Position numbers and translations under genes: made by a program. The notes below the pieces were generated by a model. That model saw only the letters and a list, made by a program, of their open reading frames with translations. It did not search any database and was not told where the DNA came from. DNA of 64,000 nt from Actinomycetota bacterium. GTDB lineage: Bacteria > Actinomycetota > Thermoleophilia > Gaiellales > Gaiellaceae. The stretch is taken from the NCBI GenBank assembly GCA_046729795.1, contig JBKPHH010000010.1:10397-74396 (forward strand), written 5' to 3'. Below are positions 24,807-32,222 of this stretch, one piece after another; the first letter of the stretch is position 1; each line of letters opens with the position of its first letter.

Positions 24807-26032
24807 TCAAAGCACCGCGCGGTACACATGACGTCCTCCCGGACGAGCAGCCCCTCTGGCGGCGGGTCGTCGGCGAAGCCGAGCGCCTCTGCGCGCTCTA
24901 CGGCTATCGGCCGATCACCACGCCCACGTTCGAGGACACGGAGCTGTTCGCGCGCACGTCCGGTCAGGGCTCCGACGTCGTGCAGAAGGAGATGTACACG
25001 TTCATCGACCGCGGCGACCGCTCGCTCACGCTCAGGCCGGAGGCGACCGCGCCGATCGCGCGCGCGTATCTCGAGCACGGCCTCCACCGCGAGCCGCAGC
25101 CGCAGAAGCTCTACACCGTCGGCCCGATGTTCCGGTACGCGGCGCCGCAGAAGGGCCGCTTTCGCGAGCACTGGCAGGTCTCGGTCGAGGCGCTCGGCTC
25201 CGACGATCCCGCAATCGACGCCGAGATCGTCCAGCTGTACGACACCTGGCTTCGCAACCTCGGCGTGACCGAATACCGGCTGGAGCTGAACTCGATCGGC
25301 GACCGTGCCTGCCGCCCGGCCTACCTGGAGCGGCTCACCGCGTGGCTCGACGAGCACGACGACGTCCTCGACGACGACGCGCGCGAGAAGCGGACGACCA
25401 GCCCGCTGCGGATCTTCGACGTCAAGAGCGCGACCGTCCGCGCCGCGCTGGACGAGGCGCCGAAGATCGGCGATTCCTTGTGCGAGGCGTGCCGTGAGCA
25501 CTTAGACGCCGTCCGCCGGTACCTCGACGCGCTCGGTGTCGCCTACGAGGTCCAGCCGACGCTCGTCCGGGGGCTCGACTACTACACGCGCACGGTCTGG
25601 GAGTTCATCGGCCCCGAGCACGGCGCCCAGAGCACGATCTCGGCCGGCGGCCGCTACGACTACCTGATCGAGGAGATCGGCGGCCCGCCGACGCCGGGGG
25701 TCGGGTTCGGCGCCGGGATCGAGCGGCTGCTCATCGCCCTCGAAGAGGTCGACATCGAGGTCGAGCAGCCGCGCGCCGAGGTCTTCTTCGCGCTCGACGA
25801 CGGCGCCCCGCGCGAGCGCGTCCTCGAGCTGATGGCCCGGCTGCGCGGTGCCGGCCGTTCGTGCGACACCGACTACGCGGGCCGCTCGCTCAAGGGACAG
25901 CTCACGCAGGCGGGCAGGGTAGGAGCCCTCGTGACCGTCGTCGTCGGTCCCGACAAGGCGACCATCCGCGAGCAGGGCAAGAAGGACACCGAAGTCGAGC
26001 TCGACCGGCTCGAGGAGCGGCTGGGCGCATGA
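24803..26032 (+). CDS. hisS: histidine--tRNA ligase
   Basis: APRGTHDVLP N-terminus and class II motif 2 (FRYAAPQKGRFREHWQ). 409 aa. Start overlaps the MBL stop. Confidence 0.95.
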   Translation: MIKAPRGTHDVLPDEQPLWRRVVGEAERLCALYGYRPITTPTFEDTELFARTSGQGSDVVQKEMYTFIDRGDRSLTLRPEATAPIARAYLEHGLHREPQPQKLYTVGPMFRYAAPQKGRFREHWQVSVEALGSDDPAIDAEIVQLYDTWLRNLGVTEYRLELNSIGDRACRPAYLERLTAWLDEHDDVLDDDAREKRTTSPLRIFDVKSATVRAALDEAPKIGDSLCEACREHLDAVRRYLDALGVAYEVQPTLVRGLDYYTRTVWEFIGPEHGAQSTISAGGRYDYLIEEIGGPPTPGVGFGAGIERLLIALEEVDIEVEQPRAEVFFALDDGAPRERVLELMARLRGAGRSCDTDYAGRSLKGQLTQAGRVGALVTVVVGPDKATIREQGKKDTEVELDRLEERLGA

Positions 26033-27765
26033 GCTGGCGCGATCTGCACTGCGGCGAGGTGCGGCCCGAGCACGTCGGCCGGCGGGTCACGCTCGCCGGG
26101 TGGGCGGCGCGGCGCCGCGACCACGGCGGTCTCGTCTTCATCGACCTCCGAGACCACACCGGCTACGTCCAGCTGGTCGTCAACCCCGAGCGGACGGCCG
26201 AGGCGGCGAAGGTCGCCCACGAGGTCCGGAACGAGTTCGTGCTCCGCGCCACCGGAGAGGTCGTCGCGCGCACACCGGAAGCCGTCAACCCGAACCTCCC
26301 GACCGGCGAGGTCGAGGTGCAGGTCGACGAGCTCGAGATCATCTCCCGCTCCGACCCGCTTCCGTTCCAGCTCGACGAGCAGGGGGTGGACGAAGCCCTC
26401 CGGCTCCGGTACCGCTACCTCGATCTCCGCCGCGAGCGAATGCAGCGGAACCTGCGCCACTCGGCGACCGTGATCGCGGCGATCCGCCGCTCGATGGAGG
26501 AGCAGGGGTTCATCGACGTCTGGACGCCGAGCCTCACGCGCGGAACACCCGAGGGCGCGCGCGACTTCCTCGTGCCCGTGCGGCTCCAGCCGGGGCGCTT
26601 CTTCGCGCTCGCGCAGTCGCCCCAGCTCTACAAGCAGCTGTTCATGATCAGCGGCTTCGACCGCTACTACCAGATCGCCACCTGCTGGCGTGACGAGGAT
26701 CTGCGGGCCGACCGGCAGTTCGAGTTCCGGCAGCTCGACCTGGAGCTCGCGTTCCCGACCCGCGAAGAGGTGCTCGACGTGATGGAGACCGTGGTGGTCG
26801 CGTCGTTCGAGGCCCTGGGGCGAACTCCACCGCAGCGGCCCTTCCCCCGGCTCGGCTACGCCGACGCGATGCTTCGGTACGGCTCGGACAAGCCGGACGT
26901 GCGCTTCGGGCTCGAGATCGAAGACGCGACCGAGGCGACCCGGAACTCTGAGTTCAAGGTGTTCTCGGGCGCTTCGGCCGTCCGGTTCATCCGCGTCCCG
27001 CAGGAGCTCTCGCGCGCCGAGCTCGAGCGGCTCGAGGAGTTCGCGAAGGAGTGGGGCGCCAAGGGGCTCGCCTATCTCGTCTTCGACGAGGAGGGCGAGG
27101 TGCGCTCGCCGATCGCCAAGTTCCTGTCCGAGCCCGAGCTCGAGCGCTTTCGAGCCGAGCCGGGCTCGACGGTCCTGTTCGGCGCCGATGAGCCGGCCGC
27201 GGTCGAGCGTGTGCTGGGCGCGCTGCGCTTGCACCTCGGCGCCGAGCTCGGCCTGATCGACCCGAACCGGGACGAGCTGCTCTGGGTGGTCGACTTCCCG
27301 CTCTTCCAGTGGGACGAGGACGCGGAACAGTGGACGTTCGTGCATCACCCGTTCACCGGCCCGCTCGGCGGCCACGAGGAGCTGATCGAGAGCGACGCGG
27401 GTGGCGCCCTCAGCCAGCACTACGACCTGATCTGGAACGGCTGGGAGCTCGGCTCGGGGTCGATCCGTATCCACCGGACCGAGGTGCAGGAGGCCGTCTT
27501 CCGCGCGATGGGGATGAAGGACGAGGAGGCGCGGGACAAGTTCGGCTTCCTGCTCGAGGCGCTGCGGATGGGCGCGCCGCCGATGGGCGGCTTCGCGCTC
27601 GGGATCGAGCGGTTCGTCGCCCTGCTCGCCGGCGAATCGAACATCCGGGAGATCGTCGCGTTCCCGAAGACGTCGACGGGCTCGGACCCGCTGACCGGGG
27701 CTCCGACAGTAATGCCGCAGGAAACCCTGGCCGAGCTCGGAATCAAGGTCTTGAAGACCGACTAA
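26029..27765 (+). CDS. aspS: aspartate--tRNA ligase
   Basis: In ORF 25861..27765 from ATG 26029 (ATGA overlap with hisS). GLVFIDLRDHTGYVQLV, FFALAQSPQLYKQL, GGFALGIERF. Confidence 0.95.
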   Translation: MSWRDLHCGEVRPEHVGRRVTLAGWAARRRDHGGLVFIDLRDHTGYVQLVVNPERTAEAAKVAHEVRNEFVLRATGEVVARTPEAVNPNLPTGEVEVQVDELEIISRSDPLPFQLDEQGVDEALRLRYRYLDLRRERMQRNLRHSATVIAAIRRSMEEQGFIDVWTPSLTRGTPEGARDFLVPVRLQPGRFFALAQSPQLYKQLFMISGFDRYYQIATCWRDEDLRADRQFEFRQLDLELAFPTREEVLDVMETVVVASFEALGRTPPQRPFPRLGYADAMLRYGSDKPDVRFGLEIEDATEATRNSEFKVFSGASAVRFIRVPQELSRAELERLEEFAKEWGAKGLAYLVFDEEGEVRSPIAKFLSEPELERFRAEPGSTVLFGADEPAAVERVLGALRLHLGAELGLIDPNRDELLWVVDFPLFQWDEDAEQWTFVHHPFTGPLGGHEELIESDAGGALSQHYDLIWNGWELGSGSIRIHRTEVQEAVFRAMGMKDEEARDKFGFLLEALRMGAPPMGGFALGIERFVALLAGESNIREIVAFPKTSTGSDPLTGAPTVMPQETLAELGIKVLKTD

Positions 27766-27809
27766 GGCGCGACTCAACTCGCGCCGATGGAACGGGCATA
27801 CTTTCGACG

Positions 27810-28691
27810 ATGGCTACCGAAGGCAGAGATCCCGCACAGGCACCCTCGCTGACCTCGCTCCCGAAGGTCGAGGATCTGCCGACGGTCGACCGCGGCTACG
27901 ACCCCGATCGCACCCGCGAGGCATTCGAGGCCTTCCGCCGGCACACGACGCAGCTGCAGGTTCAGCTTCGCGTGCTCCAGGCCGCAGCGCGAAGTGGGCA
28001 GGTCGAGCCGACCGGTCACGCCGTGCGCATGGACGCGCTGCACCTTGTCCGCGCTGCAGCGGAGATGGCCGACACGATCGAGCGCGACGCGCAGAACGCC
28101 TCGGCGGGGCAGCTTCGCCGCACCGAGGAAGAGGTGTCCCGGCGCCAGCGGGAGATCCAGGCCAAGGAAGCCGAGACCGAGCGCTATCGCCAGGAGAGCG
28201 AGCGCCAGCGCGCCGAGATCGTTAACGCTGCGAAGAACGAAGCGCGTGAGACGACGAACGAGGCGCAGCGGCAGGCCGCGCAGGAGGTCCGCGAGGCCGA
28301 GGCGAGCGCTGCGCGGCTGCTCGAACAGGCGCGGCACCAGGCGACCGAGCTGACGAACGCCGCGCGAGCAGAGGTCGAGCAAACGCTCGAGTGGGCCCGC
28401 GCGCAGGCCGTCGTGGTCATGGCGCGGGCGCAACAGGGCGCGGAGCAGCTCCTCGCTGCGGCCGGACTCGGCGACGAGGCGATTTCGGGCGCGGTGGAGT
28501 CGATTGTCAAGGCCGCGGAGGCGTCCGCGGAAGCGGGCCGTCCGGCAGAGGGACCGCACGCATCCGCGCCGAGCGAGCCCCCGGTCTCTCCGGTGGCCGA
28601 GCCTCCCGTTTCACCGCCCACCGAGGACAAGCCTCCGGCCAAGGCCGAGAGCGAGCCTGAGGGCGACGAAAACGGCCGAGACGACAGCTAG
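27810..28691 (+). CDS. DivIVA-like coiled-coil protein
   Basis: In ORF 27309..28691 from ATG 27810. VDRGYDPDRTREAFEAF resembles the DivIVA N-terminal RGYD motif. Long Ala/Glu/Arg/Gln coiled coil and a Pro-rich acidic tail. Confidence 0.65.
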   Translation: MATEGRDPAQAPSLTSLPKVEDLPTVDRGYDPDRTREAFEAFRRHTTQLQVQLRVLQAAARSGQVEPTGHAVRMDALHLVRAAAEMADTIERDAQNASAGQLRRTEEEVSRRQREIQAKEAETERYRQESERQRAEIVNAAKNEARETTNEAQRQAAQEVREAEASAARLLEQARHQATELTNAARAEVEQTLEWARAQAVVVMARAQQGAEQLLAAAGLGDEAISGAVESIVKAAEASAEAGRPAEGPHASAPSEPPVSPVAEPPVSPPTEDKPPAKAESEPEGDENGRDDS

Positions 28692-28703
28692 TCTCTCGGC
28701 CTG

Positions 28704-29192
28704 ATGCCGGGACGCTCGGGGCCTCGATTCGCCCTCGAAGCAGGGTTTTTGATCCTGCTAGCCGTGGCTGCGGGCCTCGCCGATCTTCGTCCCGCGGTGA
28801 TCGTCCTGATCATGGCAGTCGCGTGGATCCTCGTCGCGCTGGTCGAGCTCATGTCCGACCGAATTGCCTCCGTACCCCGGCCGTTTCGGGCGTCGTACTG
28901 GAGCGAGCACGAGGAGCCACAGCCCGCGGAGGAGGCGGTCGAGCACGGGCCGGAGCCCGAGCCGGAGGCGGCAACAACCATGGTCGTCGGCCCTGAAGTG
29001 CCCGAGCCCGCGCGGAAGCGGCGCTGGTTCCGGCGCAAGGGCCGGGAGGAAGAAGAGGATCTGACAGCGGCGCCTACTCCGCAGCCGCGCCACGTTCGCC
29101 TGCTGCCCTCGCGACGGCAGGAGACGAGCCAGGCCGCCGCGGAGGTCGCGGACATCTTCGACGACGAGGAGCGTGACAAGCAGGCGCGATGA
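28704..29192 (+). CDS. hypothetical two-TM membrane protein, paralog A
   Basis: N-terminus ALEAGFLILLAVAAGLADLRPAVIVLIMAVAWILVALVE is homologous to the next gene, followed by an acidic/Pro-rich cytoplasmic tail. Confidence 0.6.
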   Translation: MPGRSGPRFALEAGFLILLAVAAGLADLRPAVIVLIMAVAWILVALVELMSDRIASVPRPFRASYWSEHEEPQPAEEAVEHGPEPEPEAATTMVVGPEVPEPARKRRWFRRKGREEEEDLTAAPTPQPRHVRLLPSRRQETSQAAAEVADIFDDEERDKQAR

Positions 29193-29896
29193 AGATCTCT
29201 CCGGGACTGATCCGGTTCACGATCGAAGCCGCATTCCTGATCCTCGTCGCCGTGCTCGCCGCTGTGGCGGGCCTGTCGGCGCTCTGGATCATCCTGGTCA
29301 TGGCCGCCGCCTGGCTCGTCGTCGCGTGGGTCGAGCGAACGGGGTCTGCCCGCGCCTGGCCGGGATTCAGACGCGCCGCAGCCGAGCAGCCGGCCGAGAC
29401 GCTCGAAGAAGCACCGGCGGCGCCGCCTCCCTCGCACGTGACCGTGCTCGAGGAAGAGCCGGAACCGGAGCCCGAGCCTGAACCGGAGCCCGTGGCCGCG
29501 GCGCGCGAGCCTCAGCCCGAGCCGGAGCCGAAACCGGAGCCCACGCCGGCGCCCGATCCGGAGCCGGAGCCGCAACCCGAGCCGGTCCCGGAGCCGCCGC
29601 AGATCGTCGAGGCGCCGCCGCCGCCGAGCCCGGCGGCGGTCGAGCGGGAGCCGGAGCCGGTGCTCGAACCGGTCGTGCAGTTCCCGGCCCGGGCGGCCGT
29701 CGCGCGGGAATGGAACCTCTGGGACCTCGAGCGCATGGCCAAGCAGGGCGAAGGGCTCGACTCCGACCGTGACGAGGAGCGGGCGATGCTTTTGATTCAG
29801 CTTCGCCAGTTCGCGACTACCGACGGGGCGCTGCCGTCGAGCTTCGATCCGGTCGTCCGCGAGACGTTCGGCGAGCTGATCGGACAGGGGCTGTGA
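29189..29896 (+). CDS. hypothetical two-TM membrane protein, paralog B, with (E/P)-repeat linker
   Basis: ATGA overlap with paralog A. TIEAAFLILVAVLAAVAGLSALWIILVMAAAWLVVAWVE. EPEPEPEPEP...PEPEPKPEPTPAPDPEPEPQPEPVPEPP. A globular C-terminal ~70 aa. Confidence 0.65.
   Translation: MKISPGLIRFTIEAAFLILVAVLAAVAGLSALWIILVMAAAWLVVAWVERTGSARAWPGFRRAAAEQPAETLEEAPAAPPPSHVTVLEEEPEPEPEPEPEPVAAAREPQPEPEPKPEPTPAPDPEPEPQPEPVPEPPQIVEAPPPPSPAAVEREPEPVLEPVVQFPARAAVAREWNLWDLERMAKQGEGLDSDRDEERAMLLIQLRQFATTDGALPSSFDPVVRETFGELIGQGL
29450..29600 (+). repeat. imperfect GAGCCN/GAACCG tandem codon repeats encoding an (Glu-Pro)n low-complexity linker
   Basis: gaggaagagccggaaccggagcccgagcctgaaccggagccc ... gagccggagccgaaaccggagccc ... 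gatccggagccggagccgcaacccgagccggtcccggagccg. Confidence 0.8.
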
Positions 29897-30312
29897 ATCC
29901 CGTCCTCGCGCAGCGCGAGATCGCGCTCGCCGGGATCGCGCTGCTCGCTGCGGTGACGGCGCTCGCGATCTCCTCCAAAAGCGGCGGTTCCGACTCGTTG
30001 AGCTCGCTGCCGAAGCCGGTTCCCGTCGCGGGCGGGTGGTACACGGCGCTCGCGGGCCCGGTCAACCTGCGTGCGGGTCAGCGGACGAAATGCGGGGTGC
30101 TGATCAAGCAGACGACGCCGGGCGTCATCGACCCGGTGCTGCCGTGCGGAGTGAAGCTCTACCTCGCGTACAAGGACAGCCCGCGCATCCTCACCCAGGT
30201 GATCGACCGGCGCGCGGTCCTTCCCGGCCGCCGCTTCGACGTCACACAGCCCTTGGCCGAGAAGCTGGGCCTCGACGGCGTGCAGCGCGTCCAGTGGGTC
30301 TACGCTCGTTAG
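29893..30312 (+). CDS. RlpA-like double-psi beta-barrel (DPBB) domain protein with N-terminal membrane anchor
   Basis: GTGA overlap with the previous gene. TM/signal IALAGIALLAAVTALAI. GWYTALAG...CGVL...LPCGVKLYLAYKDSPRILTQVIDRR...FDVTQPLAEKLGLDG resembles the RlpA/DPBB pattern. Confidence 0.5.
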   Translation: MNPVLAQREIALAGIALLAAVTALAISSKSGGSDSLSSLPKPVPVAGGWYTALAGPVNLRAGQRTKCGVLIKQTTPGVIDPVLPCGVKLYLAYKDSPRILTQVIDRRAVLPGRRFDVTQPLAEKLGLDGVQRVQWVYAR

Positions 30313-30320
30313 AGTGAGAC

Positions 30321-30480
30321 CGCGCCCGACCCTGCACGGGCGTCGCGCAGTCAAAGTAGAACCAACACTACTGACAAGGGAGCCTGGGTCCGGATAGGGC
30401 GTTGCCCGAGGCCGGCAGGGCACCCACCTGGTTATCCAGGTTCAACTCGTGCGCGGCGCAGTCGGCAGGGTCAGGGCGCG
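30321..30480 (+). other. 160-nt long-stem inverted-repeat element (candidate structured RNA or MITE-like element)
   Basis: 30321..30348 pairs with 30451..30480, about 27 bp with two G.U wobbles on the plus strand and small bulges. The interior holds hairpins GGGC-GTT-GCCC and ACCTGG-TTAT-CCAGGT. Confidence 0.45.
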
Positions 30481-30481
30481 C

Positions 30482-30487
30482 TAGCCT
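30482..30487 (+). promoter_or_regulatory. -10-like TAGCCT, 6 nt upstream of the mnmA GTG 30494
   Basis: cTAGCCTgacgacGTG, immediately after the 3' arm of the long inverted repeat. Confidence 0.35.
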
Positions 30488-30493
30488 GACGAC

Positions 30494-31816
30494 GTGATCG
30501 AGGTCTTCGGAGACGCATCTCGCGACGGCGAGCTTGCACTCGTTCGCCTCGCCGTGGACGGCGATCGGATCGACTCGGCGGACGCCGAGGGGCTCGAGCG
30601 CTCGCTCGAAGGGCTGACGCTGTTCGAGGCGGCAGCCGTGCCGGGAGAGACGCTCGCGGCCGACGCGCTTGCGAACGCCCTGGGCCCGGTCTTTCGCGCC
30701 GAGCGCGATCCCGATCGCGTGGCTGTCGCGATGAGCGGCGGCGTGGACAGCGCGGTCGCCCTGCTGCGGGCGGGGCCGAGAGCGATCGGCGTCACGCTGC
30801 GGCTCTGGATCGATCCCGAGGCGCCCGACTCCGAGCGGGCCTGCTGCTCTCCGGAGGCCGTGATCGCCGCCCGGGAGACGTGTCACAGGCTGGGCGTCCC
30901 GCACGTCACGCTCGACCTGCGGGAAGAGTTCCGTCGCGCGATCGTCGCGCCGTTCGTGCGCGGATACGCGCGCGGCGAGACCCCGAACCCGTGCATTCGC
31001 TGCAACGGCAGCTTCCGGTTCGCCGAGCTGCTTTCGTTCGCCGACCGCGCGGGGGCCGGGAGGCTCGCCACGGGCCACTACGCGCGCATCGTCCGCCACA
31101 AGGGCCGTCTGCTGCTCGCCAGAGCGGCAGACGAGGAGAAGGACCAGTCCTACATGCTCGCGCGCCTCGATCCCAAGCTGCTCGAGCGGCTCTGGTTCCC
31201 GCTCGGCGAGCAAACGAAGGAAGCGACCCGCGACGAGGCTGCTCGTGCCGGGCTCGCGGTCGCGGGGCGGCGCGAGAGCCAGGAGGCCTGCTTCCTCGGC
31301 GGCGCCGACTACCGCGATTTCCTCCAGCGGCAGGGCGTCGAGTCCGAGTCAGGCGCGATCGTCGACGAGAACGGTGCGGAGATCGGGCGCCACGGAGGTC
31401 TCTGGCGGTACACGCCGGGCCAGCGCAAGGGGCTCGGAATCGCCTCGTCCGAGCCGCTCTACGCGCTGCGGAGCGATGCCCGCACGAACACGCTCGTCGT
31501 CGGCTCCCGCGACCGCCTCGGCAGCCTCGAGGTGACGGCTCGTGGCCGCTTGTACGTCCCCGCCCGCCGGGTCGAGGCGAAGCTCCGCTACCGGTCCCCT
31601 GCGGCGACGGCGACGGTCGAGGAGCGCGAAAGCGGCTTCAAGCTTGCATTCGACCAGCCGGTCTACGCAGTCGCGCCGGGGCAGACGGTCGTGCTCTACG
31701 AGGACGACGCCGTCGTCGGCGCAGGAACCATCAGTCCCGCCCAGGATCGCGATGAGGTGCGCGCAACTTTTGAAGGCTCTCGTCCGTTAACAGAGAGCGC
31801 CAACGATCTCGATTGA
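30494..31816 (+). CDS. mnmA: tRNA-specific 2-thiouridylase MnmA with ~75-aa N-terminal extension
   Basis: PP-loop VAVAMSGGVDSAVA, CIRCNGSFRF, GHYARIV. The extension has high GC3. TAGCCT lies 6 nt upstream of GTG 30494. Confidence 0.85.
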   Translation: MIEVFGDASRDGELALVRLAVDGDRIDSADAEGLERSLEGLTLFEAAAVPGETLAADALANALGPVFRAERDPDRVAVAMSGGVDSAVALLRAGPRAIGVTLRLWIDPEAPDSERACCSPEAVIAARETCHRLGVPHVTLDLREEFRRAIVAPFVRGYARGETPNPCIRCNGSFRFAELLSFADRAGAGRLATGHYARIVRHKGRLLLARAADEEKDQSYMLARLDPKLLERLWFPLGEQTKEATRDEAARAGLAVAGRRESQEACFLGGADYRDFLQRQGVESESGAIVDENGAEIGRHGGLWRYTPGQRKGLGIASSEPLYALRSDARTNTLVVGSRDRLGSLEVTARGRLYVPARRVEAKLRYRSPAATATVEERESGFKLAFDQPVYAVAPGQTVVLYEDDAVVGAGTISPAQDRDEVRATFEGSRPLTESANDLD

Positions 31817-31829
31817 CGCGAGACCGGGA

Positions 31830-32222
31830 GTGAAGGTGACGAGGGACACGATCAGCCTCACCATCCCAAAGGACGACGGCTTCGAGCACGTCGCTCAGCT
31901 CGTGCTGGCCGGAGTCGCCGCTCGGCTGAGCCTCACGTACGAGACCCTCGACGATCTCGAAGTGGCGCTCGAGTCGCTCCTCGAGCGCGCCGGCGTGAGA
32001 GGAACGGTGACGGTCGAGCTCCGGATCGAGGGGGAGGAGGTACACGCGGCCATCGGCCCCTTCACCGACGGGGAGCTCGCCGAGCTCGAAGGCGCGGCGC
32101 CGGATGCGCTCGGCCTGCAACGCGTCCTCGACACGGTCGTCGACCGGTTCGACGTCGCCGAGCGCCATGACGGGCAATGGGTCGAGCTCGTGAAAAGCGT
32201 TCGCTTCAAGGAGCCCGCATAA
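31830..32222 (+). CDS. RsbW/SpoIIAB-like anti-sigma factor with degenerate ATP-binding motifs
   Basis: ISLTIPKDDGFEHVAQLVLAGVAARLSLTYETLDDLEVALESLLERAG aligns to the RsbW N-terminus, but the N-box Asn and the GGLGL G-box are replaced (ESLLERAG, DALGL). Lies directly upstream of a SigB/F-type sigma. The start could be GTG 31836. Confidence 0.55.
   Translation: MKVTRDTISLTIPKDDGFEHVAQLVLAGVAARLSLTYETLDDLEVALESLLERAGVRGTVTVELRIEGEEVHAAIGPFTDGELAELEGAAPDALGLQRVLDTVVDRFDVAERHDGQWVELVKSVRFKEPA

Noticed and set aside
25873-27777. 634-aa ORF antisense to aspS, the same length as the sense ORF
   Set aside because: Its translation is Arg/Pro/Gly/Leu-rich with no motifs, and it lies exactly opposite a clearly real, motif-rich aspS. 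In very GC-rich genes the complementary strand rarely contains stop codons, so this is a shadow ORF.
29450-29600. CRISPR-like or other interspersed repeat array
   Set aside because: The repeats are 6-nt codon-level (Glu-Pro) repeats inside a well-supported ORF, with no spacer-and-repeat organisation. No CRISPR array or cas gene is visible anywhere in the window.
30321-30480. SRP (4.5S) RNA, RNase P RNA or 6C RNA identity for the structured element
   Set aside because: The SRP domain IV consensus (GGUCCGGAAGGAAGCAGC with a GNAR loop) is not present; only GGGTCCGGATAGG is. There is no RNase P GAGGAAAGUCC box and no C-rich 6C loops.
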